Assembly: GCA_013166835.1 (NCBI GenBank)
Contig: JABLTI010000021.1
Location: 1 to 32,100 of the forward strand
Direction: 5' to 3'
DNA: 32,100 nucleotides
Origin: Promethearchaeati archaeon
Lineage (GTDB): Archaea > Asgardarchaeota > Heimdallarchaeia > JABLTI01
The notes beneath the pieces were generated by a model. That model did no database searches, was not told where the DNA came from, and saw nothing but the letters and a program-made list of their open reading frames with translations. Every line of letters begins with the position of its first letter. Position 1 is the stretch's first letter. The position numbers and the translations under genes were made by a program. Shown here in pieces: positions 1 through 8,213 of the stretch.

Positions 1-54
1 ATTCAGAAAGACTATTTTCCTCGAGAAGAATTGATAGTCACTAAGGTAAGATAA
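1..54 (+). CDS. 3' end of an upstream gene (IQKDYFPREELIVTKVR*), possibly fwdA
   Basis: Open frame from base 1 to TAA at 52-54, just upstream of fwdC; identity guessed only from the usual fwdA-fwdC gene order. Confidence 0.35.
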   Translation: MQKDYFPREELIVTKVR

Positions 55-73
55 TGTGTTGGTTGGTGGAATA

Positions 74-898
74 ATGGCGACTATAAATCTGACCTTGAAA
101 AAATTTGCAACAAAATTGAATATTCCAATCGAAGCTGAAATAATTTCTCCGGATAATTTCTTTGATAAAGATTTGACGGAAATTAGTCATTTATCTGTTT
201 GGCGAGGGAATAAAGAATTAACAATTAGTCAAGTTTTTACCATTTCTGGGGATCATGTAAAAGGTGGAGAAATCAAAGACCTCAAGATAGTTCTGAAAGG
301 TGATTTAACAAAGTTTAAACGAATCGGACAAAATATGTCTGAAGGATTAATTGATATTAAGGGTTCAGTTGGCATGCATTTAGGAACACAAATGGCTGGT
401 GGCAAAATTATTGTACAAGAAGATGCAGACGATTTTGCTGGAGCAAATATGAAAGGTGGAGAAATGCATATTTTAGGAAATGCTGGTCACTATCTTGGTG
501 GTTCTGTGAGGGGTGATTGGCGAGGGATGTCAAACGGGAAAATAAGAGTGGAAGGGAATATTGGTAATGAATGTGGTGTCTGGATGAGGAAGGGAATTAT
601 CGAAATAGGTGGAAATGTCAATTTGTTCCTTGGCATACATATGCACAATGGTTTAATTGTGGTGGATGGTGATGTAGAGGAACGAGCTGGAGCTGAAATG
701 ACTGGTGGGATCATTGTTATAAAAGGTAAACTCTTAAAGAATCTACCATCATTTGAATTTGTAGGTAAGAAAAAAGACATAGAAATTGAGAATTACGGCA
801 CAATTGTTGGTAACTATCTTGAATTTAAAGGAGATTTTGCAGAAAGAAAACAAGGATCGATGTTTCTCTTAGAAAGCAAGAATATTCATTTACTTTGA
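74..898 (+). CDS. fwdC: Formylmethanofuran dehydrogenase subunit C
   Basis: PIEAEIISPD N-terminal motif, repeated G-x-x-M-x-x-G beta-helix units, GDWRGM and FKGDFAE motifs; ATG at 74 follows a GGTGG RBS, favoured over the start at 56. Confidence 0.92.
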   Translation: MATINLTLKKFATKLNIPIEAEIISPDNFFDKDLTEISHLSVWRGNKELTISQVFTISGDHVKGGEIKDLKIVLKGDLTKFKRIGQNMSEGLIDIKGSVGMHLGTQMAGGKIIVQEDADDFAGANMKGGEMHILGNAGHYLGGSVRGDWRGMSNGKIRVEGNIGNECGVWMRKGIIEIGGNVNLFLGIHMHNGLIVVDGDVEERAGAEMTGGIIVIKGKLLKNLPSFEFVGKKKDIEIENYGTIVGNYLEFKGDFAERKQGSMFLLESKNIHLL

Positions 899-933
899 TT
901 TTTTCGTATTTAACTTGTTAGAATCTCTTTATT

Positions 934-1650
934 TTATACTGTACTAGTATAAACACTACGTGATGCTATATCGTATATTGTTTCTAAAAGATTCAAGTTA
1001 ATAATATCTTGTTCAAAAGTTATGACCCCATTTGCAGAAATTTCAACATCGAATTGAAAATTCACTTCTCTTAAAGTAAGGTTTATTTTGTGATTCTTTG
1101 GTTTATACATTTTCAAATTATCAAGATAGATTTTATTGTCGCTTATAAGAACTTCAAGATTTCCTGATAAATTCTCATCAATGGCCAAATCACTGAGTGT
1201 TAGTGATTGCGGAGTAATCTTTAATCTTGTTTTTGATAATTTAAGATAGAAATTCAGTAAGTCAAAATCGCAAGGTGAAAAACGCAGATTAATTCGTTTA
1301 CTAAGAAAATTTATGGCTCTTTTTATGTGTGTTTTTCTACCTGTGAAAAAACAAAGGAATATTCCAACTGGCGTTTCTAAATCAACTGGCGGATTAATAA
1401 TTTTTATTGATGTATCATCATATATAATCATCGTCTCAGATCGCATTGATGGAAGTGTTCTATGAGGGAAAGCAAATTTCTTTTCATTTATAGTATAATA
1501 TTTCCCTTGAAAGAAGCTACTCGCCAAAGGATCAAAGGTAACAAATTCAGTATCAATTGAAGGATTTCCAAAATCTATACTAGCAAACTGCTCTTCAGTA
1601 AGGTGTTCTTCACCGATTAAATAACCCCAATACAATGCGATGGTGTTCAA
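934..1650 (-). CDS. Hypothetical soluble protein, 238 aa
   Basis: Long ORF in AT-rich DNA with no competing ORF; no recognisable family motif. Confidence 0.7.
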   Translation of the reverse strand: MNTIALYWGYLIGEEHLTEEQFASIDFGNPSIDTEFVTFDPLASSFFQGKYYTINEKKFAFPHRTLPSMRSETMIIYDDTSIKIINPPVDLETPVGIFLCFFTGRKTHIKRAINFLSKRINLRFSPCDFDLLNFYLKLSKTRLKITPQSLTLSDLAIDENLSGNLEVLISDNKIYLDNLKMYKPKNHKINLTLREVNFQFDVEISANGVITFEQDIINLNLLETIYDIASRSVYTSTV

Positions 1651-1742
1651 ACAATCAACTCAAATTGTATAATGTTATAATAGAAAACAGTCTTAATAAA
1701 AATTTCATTAGAGTACTGAAAAAAAGCTTTTTTTTATGATAA

Positions 1743-2333
1743 TTACATATTCATATATCGTTCTGCGGCAGAGGGTTCTCGTTCTTCTTCTTCATCTTTT
1801 ATCATTCTTCTTCTGATTTTTGCTGCAACATAGATTCCAATGATTATGAAAAGTAAAATACCTATTCCAGAGATTAATCCAATAACCCAATCTTGAATAT
1901 TATTAGATTGATAAGTATAAGTCAAATCTAAGTTTGCAGGTGAACTGTTAGGATTAAAGAAAACAAAATAAATTGATCCATTTATATCCGTTGTAGTTTT
2001 ACTACTTTCTTGAATTCCCTCATAATAACCAATGGTTTCAAAATAAGCAGATCTTTCACTCAAACTTTGACTTTGCATTGTATAAAATTGCACCTTAGTA
2101 ACTTCTCTTCCTTGTACTGACAAGTCTGAAATCCATAGATACTTAGTAACTTGATTTTCTGTGAGATTTAGTTCGTGAATAAAAGTCCAGCTTTGAAGAG
2201 GTAGGGAATAATCCTTATTTATTGGTCCAGTAGTTTCTTCACTATTTATTTCAACAAAAGATATAGTAGAAGTTAAAACTAGAATGATGGTGAATAACTG
2301 AATTAAATGAGTAAAAATCCTCTTCTTTTTCAT
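1743..2333 (-). CDS. Type I membrane protein: signal peptide, beta-rich ectodomain (possibly GOLD-like), TM helix, charged tail
   Basis: Basic plus hydrophobic N-terminus; GSIYFVFFN motif; TM WVIGLISGIGILLFIIIGIYVAA followed by KIRRR. Confidence 0.75.
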   Translation of the reverse strand: MKKKRIFTHLIQLFTIILVLTSTISFVEINSEETTGPINKDYSLPLQSWTFIHELNLTENQVTKYLWISDLSVQGREVTKVQFYTMQSQSLSERSAYFETIGYYEGIQESSKTTTDINGSIYFVFFNPNSSPANLDLTYTYQSNNIQDWVIGLISGIGILLFIIIGIYVAAKIRRRMIKDEEEEREPSAAERYMNM

Positions 2334-2461
2334 AATATATAAAAGAAAATTACTGACATAAAAAATTTGGGACGATTGCTTTGTTTTATTTTATCAAGAA
2401 CAGTCTTAAAGAAAGAGATGCGTTTTTGTCGTTTTTGATTAAAAATCATTTAATTCTTTAG

Positions 2462-2476
2462 AAAGAGTTTTTAAGT
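2462..2476 (+). promoter_or_regulatory. Probable BRE/TATA promoter of alba
   Basis: Purine-rich AAAGAG followed by TTTTTAAG about 100 nt upstream of the alba ATG. Confidence 0.4.
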
Positions 2477-2575
2477 TATTTGCCAATAGGAAGGAATACC
2501 AAGTTTATGACAATGACATGAACTTACTGACTCATTACAGTCGATTTAGATTCAAATTAAGGTGGAACATAAAAC

Positions 2576-3052
2576 ATGTCCAAGGAAAAAAAACCTAAAG
2601 CGAAGAAAGCTGACAAAACAGAGGAAAAAGCTAAAGCAACTAAAGCAAAAGCCAAGCCAAAAACAACTAAAGCCAAAGCAGAAGCCAAACCAAAGGCAAC
2701 AAAAGCTAAGGCAGAAGCTAAACCAAAAGCAGAAGCCAAACCAGAATCAAAGCCAGCTGAAAGCAAACAAAAGTATAAACCTGAAAACACCATTTTTGTT
2801 GGAAATAAGCCTGCTATGACTTATGTTTTAGCAATTATGACTTGCTTCAATGAAAACAAAGCTAAAGAAGTACAAATCTGTGCAAGAGGACGTGCAATTA
2901 GCACAGCAGTTGATGTAGCTGAATTAACAAGAAATAGATTTATGTCAGAACTAAAAGTTAAGTCTATCATAACAAGCACTGAACAAGTTGTTCGAAGAGA
3001 AGGTGGCGGAGTAGCCAACGTTTCTGCTATTGAAATCACATTAGCGAAATAA
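2576..3052 (+). CDS. albA: DNA/RNA-binding protein Alba with a 69-aa Lys/Ala/Pro-rich N-terminal extension
   Basis: Alba core [16 protein letters not shown]...[14 protein letters not shown]...NVSAIEITL; RBS AAGGTGG precedes the ATG at 2576, so the extension is likely translated. Confidence 0.95.
   Translation: MSKEKKPKAKKADKTEEKAKATKAKAKPKTTKAKAEAKPKATKAKAEAKPKAEAKPESKPAESKQKYKPENTIFVGNKPAMTYVLAIMTCFNENKAKEVQICARGRAISTAVDVAELTRNRFMSELKVKSIITSTEQVVRREGGGVANVSAIEITLAK
2633..2755 (+). repeat. Degenerate coding tandem repeat, K(A/T)TKAKA(EA)KP units of about 27-33 bp
   Basis: KATKAKAKP / [11 protein letters not shown] / [11 protein letters not shown] / KAEAKP / ESKP, with synonymous differences between copies. 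Confidence 0.85.
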
Positions 3053-3181
3053 TTCCCTTCTTTTTCTTGCTTTTTCCTTCAATTATTTCAATATTAATTC
3101 ATAGGAGAATTAATAAAGTACTAGATGACTGAGAAACTAATTCAATTAAAATTTGACCAACCACTGTTGGTGTTTCTAATT

Positions 3182-3715
3182 ATGAAAACTGCAATATGTG
3201 CTTTTTGTGCGCAAACAGGAATGCTTTGTAAAGATTGTCAAACCAAGTTAGCAGAAGGCGAAATAACTAATACAGACATAAAAATTGCTAAAACAGCAGT
3301 TGATTTTGAGAAAAATAATCCAAATGCTTCCAAAGTAACCATATTGGAAACCATTGAAAGACCAAAATTTATTCTCTTAATAGTTTCTCCAGGATCTATT
3401 AGATTCTTAACTGGAGGTACTCTGGATTTTGACAAGAGATTAGAACGAGTTTTGAATAAACCAATTAAATTAATGGAAAAGAGTAAGAATAAAAGGAGAG
3501 TTATTGATGATATCTTTTCTCCTGCACTAATAAGTGGTATAAATACAATTTTTGTTCCGATTCGTTCATCACAACCAGGTCAATCATCTGTAGAAGAAGA
3601 AACTATAGTTGTCCTTTCTCCTGACGAAAAAGAAAAGCTTCCAGGCACAGTAAAAGAATTGATTGATTTAGTTAAACTCGTTGCCGGTGAAGATATAAGA
3701 GTTGAATTTCGCTAA
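3182..3715 (+). CDS. Archaeal NusA-like KH-domain protein with N-terminal Cys4 Zn finger
   Basis: MKTAICAFCAQTGMLCKDC Zn motif and KH-like core; position after alba is common in archaea; ATG at 3182 preferred to 3125. Confidence 0.8.
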   Translation: MKTAICAFCAQTGMLCKDCQTKLAEGEITNTDIKIAKTAVDFEKNNPNASKVTILETIERPKFILLIVSPGSIRFLTGGTLDFDKRLERVLNKPIKLMEKSKNKRRVIDDIFSPALISGINTIFVPIRSSQPGQSSVEEETIVVLSPDEKEKLPGTVKELIDLVKLVAGEDIRVEFR

Positions 3716-3744
3716 GAGATGAAATTCTTTTTTTTATTTTTAAA

Positions 3745-5016
3745 TCAATACTTCAGAGGATTCGCTTTCATTAATTCCCGTAATACGACAGTTGCATAGG
3801 AACCTCGTTTTAAAGTAAATTGTGTAACCACATAATCTTGATTCTCGGAATCAACATCTATTGAGTATGAGAGATTTTCAGGTATTAGTGCGATTCTTCT
3901 ATTTGATCCAATAAATCTTAGTGTTGGCAGATACTTGACCTTAAAATTATCAAGTTTAATATCATCTTTCTCAAGCAATGATTTTGCATAATCCGATAAC
4001 ACATTATCAGTTAAATTTGTTTTAAACCCAATTATAGGTAAGATTGCTATATTCTCTTCTAATTCATCTATAGGATTGTTTGATAGATTACCATAGATGC
4101 GAATTCTTTCTGATAGAGTTAAATTCCAAATATGCGATTGATAAGCGTGAATGAAGATTCTCTGAAGATTCTTAGGTAAAATGTGTAATGCTCCAAGAAA
4201 ATCATTCGGTTTTTTACTCAAGTATTTCAAGATTCGTTTCTCAAAAATCATACTACTTGGAAGTAATTTCAAAGTTTTCTTGGGATCATTGGTTTCTTGA
4301 AACATTTTTCGAGCAAGGATGGTTGATTCAGCTTCATCTTCGGTAGTATAAGAGATATAGAGATGAAGTGCTTTCTCTACTTCACCTAGCAATAAGAATT
4401 TGCCAATGATGTGAGAAATAGGTCTTCGAGTTCCAAAACGTTGATGCCCAAAATAATTTGGTATCCCATTGAATTCATTAATTTCTTTAATGATATTCTT
4501 CACTTTATGATTTATCTGCTCTTTCCCATAATTTAATTCTCTTATTTTAATTGTAAAATGATTTCCATATAAATCCCCAAGGTACGTTTGGTAAATGGTT
4601 GTTCGTGGTGATCGTATGATAATTCCTTCTAACTCCAACTGACTAAGCTTTTCAGGTGGTATTTTCCAAATCGTTGCCCTTTGAGCAGTATATGCTGTTT
4701 TGTCTTTTGTTCCTGCAACATTAATATCATTTAGTTCTCGCTTAAGTGATGAAGAAATTTTGTATAAAGCGTTATTACTTTCAATATCCTTTTTTATCAA
4801 TACAAATTCTGTAAATAATCCCGGTTCATTATTACCTAAAGAAAAATAAGGATCATCAATGGGTATTTTTCGTCCATCCAATAAAACTTCCTCTACTCGA
4901 AAATCATCTGGAGTAGTACGTAATTTTCCATCAATTCCCTCTGTTTCAGTACAATAATAGAGTATCCCCATTTTTTTCTCAATGGGATGACTTTCTCTTA
5001 ATTCTCCTTCTGCCAT
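3745..5016 (-). CDS. truD: tRNA pseudouridine(13) synthase TruD/Pus7
   Basis: DFRVEE, AGTKDK (catalytic Asp), GNHFTI, PNYFGHQRFG, HAYQS, GSYATVVLRE motifs. Confidence 0.96.
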   Translation of the reverse strand: MAEGELRESHPIEKKMGILYYCTETEGIDGKLRTTPDDFRVEEVLLDGRKIPIDDPYFSLGNNEPGLFTEFVLIKKDIESNNALYKISSSLKRELNDINVAGTKDKTAYTAQRATIWKIPPEKLSQLELEGIIIRSPRTTIYQTYLGDLYGNHFTIKIRELNYGKEQINHKVKNIIKEINEFNGIPNYFGHQRFGTRRPISHIIGKFLLLGEVEKALHLYISYTTEDEAESTILARKMFQETNDPKKTLKLLPSSMIFEKRILKYLSKKPNDFLGALHILPKNLQRIFIHAYQSHIWNLTLSERIRIYGNLSNNPIDELEENIAILPIIGFKTNLTDNVLSDYAKSLLEKDDIKLDNFKVKYLPTLRFIGSNRRIALIPENLSYSIDVDSENQDYVVTQFTLKRGSYATVVLRELMKANPLKY

Positions 5017-5038
5017 TCAGATCTCCTAAAAATCTCTT

Positions 5039-5407
5039 TCAGAGTAATTTAAGGTTAGATGTAATTTTATCCATGACATTATTAGGAGCAGGACCTATTG
5101 CTACAGCTGTTGCAGTACCAGGGGGTAATTCTGTAAGTCCCGCATCATTCACAAAAGAACAGGGGAGATTTTTGCTTCGAGCTTTTTGATAAATTAACTC
5201 CAATTCTTCTTTAGTAGCTATTTGCACTGCAACTTTTTTTTGTCCTTCAGAAAACCAGCTTTTTACCCACTTTAGTTTTGCTCTTTTTGCTTCTTCTACA
5301 GAAATTACTGCTGCATGAGCCGCTTGGATTGCCATCTTACCTTTTGACATTTTGAGATCTGTGCGAATAGCTATAATCATTTTATATTGAAATTCTTCAG
5401 TTCTCAT
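5039..5407 (-). CDS. pth2: Peptidyl-tRNA hydrolase Pth2
   Basis: RTDLKMSKGK, QAAHA, GQKKVA, DAGLTE, IGP, T-x-x-LKLL motifs. Confidence 0.96.
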   Translation of the reverse strand: MRTEEFQYKMIIAIRTDLKMSKGKMAIQAAHAAVISVEEAKRAKLKWVKSWFSEGQKKVAVQIATKEELELIYQKARSKNLPCSFVNDAGLTELPPGTATAVAIGPAPNNVMDKITSNLKLL

Positions 5408-5492
5408 TTGTCAATCACATCATTTGGAAATTCTGATTCTATTTATAATTCTTTATTAAGATTTATTGATTTTTAGTATTTAATATAATCTA

Positions 5493-5510
5493 GTTAATAA
5501 TATTATTAAC
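5493..5510. promoter_or_regulatory. Perfect 18-bp palindrome in a divergent promoter region; candidate operator
   Basis: GTTAATAAT-ATTATTAAC between pth2 (-) and the reductase (+). Confidence 0.4.
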
Positions 5511-5577
5511 AGATATAATAGAACCAACAACTTAAGAATGAATAAATTACTTACATCCTATATATTAACTAATTCAA

Positions 5578-6837
5578 ATGAGGAAAATCCTTTCAAGTAT
5601 TTTTGGGGTTCGTAGTTTGGAGTCCGATGTTGCCATAGTAGGAGCTGGACCAATTGGTTCGTTAGCGGCTTTACATGCTGCTAAAAAAGGAATTAAGGTT
5701 TCCATTTTAGAGCAAAGGAAAGAAATTGGTTTTCCAGATCATTGTGCTGGTTTACTGAGTGTTAATGGTTTAACTCTCCTTGGATTAGATAATTTGCCCC
5801 GAAATATAATACAGAATACAGAAATACAAGGAGCAAAATTTTATTCTCCTTCTGGTCAAGTTTTTTCAATAAAAAGAAATGAGACTCAAGCTTATGTTAT
5901 CAATCGTGCATTATTTGATCAATTTCTAAAACAAAAGGCTGAGAAAGCAGGAGTCAATTATCTGACAAATAAAAAAGTGCTTGATGCAAATTTTGATCGT
6001 AATAATAAGAAGCTAACAATTGAGTATCTTGATCTAAAACTGAAAAAGAAAAAACAGCACACTTCTACTGTAGGAATTATTGCTAGTGGTTCTAAAAGAA
6101 AAATTGCTCAAGACTCCGGATTCAAACAAATCTCAAATAGGAAGTATCTCACCGGTTACCAATATGATGTTGAAAACATATCTGATTTGGATATTAATAT
6201 GGTTGAAATCCATTTAAGTAATAAACTAGCTCCGGGTTTCTTCGTATATATTATACCTACTTCTCAAACTTCCGCAAAAATTGGTTTAGCTTCAAGATTG
6301 AAACCATCAATTGACCAACTTAATCATTTCATCCAAATACATCCAACTGTTAAAGATAGATTTGTTAAAAGCTCAATTAAGAAGAAATATAGTGGCAGAA
6401 TTATCATAAATGGTTTACTGAGAAAAACGTCATCAAATGGTCTATTAATAACAGGTGATGCTGCAGGACAAACAAAAGCAACTACAGGTGGAGGTGTGAT
6501 TACAGGTGGCATCGCTGGTACTATAGCTGGAAAAATTGCAGCAGATTCCATTCTCGCTCAAGATAATAGTAGGAGATTTTTGAAAAAGTATGATGTTTTA
6601 TGGAAAAAACAACTATTATCTCAATTCAAATCAATGGCTTTCTTTAGATGGTGTGTAAATCGATTAACTGACAAAGCGTTGGAAAAAGTCTTTGAGACAA
6701 TTATTGAGAACAATATAGCAGATTTAATTGTTGAAAAAGGAGACATAGACAGCCAAGCAGATGTTTTACGTGCTCTTTTAAGACATCCTGCTATCATAAA
6801 ATTAGCAATAAGAGTTTTACCTCTTTTACAATTCTAA
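5578..6837 (+). CDS. Geranylgeranyl reductase family (DGGR-like) FAD oxidoreductase
   Basis: GAGPIG FAD motif, HCAG, RALFDQFL, PGFFVYIIP (PxxYxWxFP-like), GDAAG...TGGG, YDVLW; true start may be TTG at 5617. Confidence 0.88.
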   Translation: MRKILSSIFGVRSLESDVAIVGAGPIGSLAALHAAKKGIKVSILEQRKEIGFPDHCAGLLSVNGLTLLGLDNLPRNIIQNTEIQGAKFYSPSGQVFSIKRNETQAYVINRALFDQFLKQKAEKAGVNYLTNKKVLDANFDRNNKKLTIEYLDLKLKKKKQHTSTVGIIASGSKRKIAQDSGFKQISNRKYLTGYQYDVENISDLDINMVEIHLSNKLAPGFFVYIIPTSQTSAKIGLASRLKPSIDQLNHFIQIHPTVKDRFVKSSIKKKYSGRIIINGLLRKTSSNGLLITGDAAGQTKATTGGGVITGGIAGTIAGKIAADSILAQDNSRRFLKKYDVLWKKQLLSQFKSMAFFRWCVNRLTDKALEKVFETIIENNIADLIVEKGDIDSQADVLRALLRHPAIIKLAIRVLPLLQF

Positions 6838-6850
6838 AAAAAGAAGAGAA

Positions 6851-6868
6851 ACCTCAAAAAAATGAGGT
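6851..6868 (-). terminator. Hairpin plus T-rich run between convergent genes
   Basis: ACCTCA-6 nt-TGAGGT, followed on the minus strand by TTCTCTTCTTTTTT. Confidence 0.5.
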
Positions 6869-6897
6869 ATGTATTTGCTATATAATATCTAAACAAA

Positions 6898-7917
6898 TTA
6901 TTTCTTCATTATATAACCAGTGAAACTTGGTGCCGGTAAATCTTTCATGGTTAGTACGCCAGGATTTGCATTCACTACTTTTGGAATAAGATTCACTATC
7001 ATTGAAGCGGTACCAACATCGCCATGAACTCCACCAATGATTTTCTGGTTGATTCCGGGAACTCCTTCGATTACAATACTATCATATTCCTCGTGATCGC
7101 CAGAATAAGCAAAGAAATCTAAAATAACGATTTCATGGTTACCTTTCATAGCTACTCCTCTGCTATGAAGTCCTCTAACATAACCCTCCGGAACTCTTCC
7201 AAAGGGACTATCAAATTCTTTCTCAGTAATCATAGCTTTTGGTGGAAATTCTACAATCTTGTCTACGTTTAATCCTAGAGCTGAAACAATCATTTGAATT
7301 GATTCTTCAAGTCCGACATGACCGGTGATTTCTTTATCACTAATTTTCTTGTTGAATTCACCAATTGTTAGATTAGTTCCAATTTTCTTCTGGAAAGGAA
7401 TTCTTCTACGACTTGAATTCATCATTCGGGTTACATGTATTTTTTCAACTGTTTCACATGGAGCTGTGAGTACTATTGGTAACAAATCCATTAAGTAACC
7501 AGGATTAATACCAGAACCTGTAACTGTAACCTTTTTCTCTTTCGCTAATTTGTCGATTTTTGTTGCTAATTCAGGATGGAAATCCCATGGGTAAGATAAT
7601 TGCTCACACATAGTAATTACATTAGCTCCTGCTTCAACAGCTTGAATTATCATTGGGGCTATTGTTTCAAAAAATGATGAAGTTGCGATAATAACAACAT
7701 CAACTGTATTATTCAATAAAGGTTCAAGATTCTTTACTATTGGTAAATCTGGAACATCGGATAATTCAATAATTTCATTCAGTTTTTTACCTTCAAAAGC
7801 TGGATCAATATCTACGATTCCCAGGAAATTAACATTTTCTCGTTTCAATAGGAGTTTTGTCACTAGTTGACCCATTGGTCCAAATCCTACTTGTATCACA
7901 TTAAATTTTTCGCTCAA
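6898..7917 (-). CDS. NAD(P)-dependent dehydrogenase, DapB-related / 2,4-diaminopentanoate dehydrogenase-like family
   Basis: Rossmann GFGPMG, G-x-GINPG, GHVGLEES, GGVHGD-x-GT, PG-x-x-TM-x-DLP motifs; substrate unknown. Confidence 0.8.
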   Translation of the reverse strand: MSEKFNVIQVGFGPMGQLVTKLLLKRENVNFLGIVDIDPAFEGKKLNEIIELSDVPDLPIVKNLEPLLNNTVDVVIIATSSFFETIAPMIIQAVEAGANVITMCEQLSYPWDFHPELATKIDKLAKEKKVTVTGSGINPGYLMDLLPIVLTAPCETVEKIHVTRMMNSSRRRIPFQKKIGTNLTIGEFNKKISDKEITGHVGLEESIQMIVSALGLNVDKIVEFPPKAMITEKEFDSPFGRVPEGYVRGLHSRGVAMKGNHEIVILDFFAYSGDHEEYDSIVIEGVPGINQKIIGGVHGDVGTASMIVNLIPKVVNANPGVLTMKDLPAPSFTGYIMKK

Positions 7918-8025
7918 TTAAAAACCTCACTTTATTCTACTTTTTATTCTGATGTAAGTTTTAGCATTAAAATTTTTTTTGTTAGATATTTTGAATGAAA
8001 AACACTAGAAAAAACAAGAAAAATT

Positions 8026-8098
8026 GTGGCTCAGCTACCCCAGTTTAGCTCATTGTCTTGCACAAGACTAGCCAGACCGTACGTCACATCATAGCCAT
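8026..8098 (-). ncRNA. Box C/D 2'-O-methylation guide sRNA, probably double guide
   Basis: Terminal stem UGGC/GCCA, 3-nt bulge, box C AUGAUGU (8086-8092), box D CUGA (8031-8034), internal stem GUCUU/AAGAC with atypical D'/C'; GC-rich island with upstream AT-rich promoter and downstream U-tract; both spacers antisense to conserved 23S domain V sequences. Confidence 0.8.
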
Positions 8099-8213
8099 AG
8101 AATAATTGCAAACAAAATCAATTAAATTTATTGATTAAATTCATTTGTTTATTAACTAAATCAAAATCAACTTGCGCTAAAGTTATTAAGTTTGTATTAT
8201 CAAATTCATTGTA

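Noticed and set aside
2557-2819. Overlapping ORFs 2557..2793 (-, hydrophobic) and 2562..2819 (+, Q/K-rich)
   Set aside because: Shadows of the low-complexity Alba tail; the Alba frame has the RBS and the conserved domain.
8071-8087. Resemblance of the D' guide target to 16S CACACCGCCCGUCA (C1402 region)
   Set aside because: Three mismatches, including central ones; the 23S AGACCGU match is contiguous around the +5 position.
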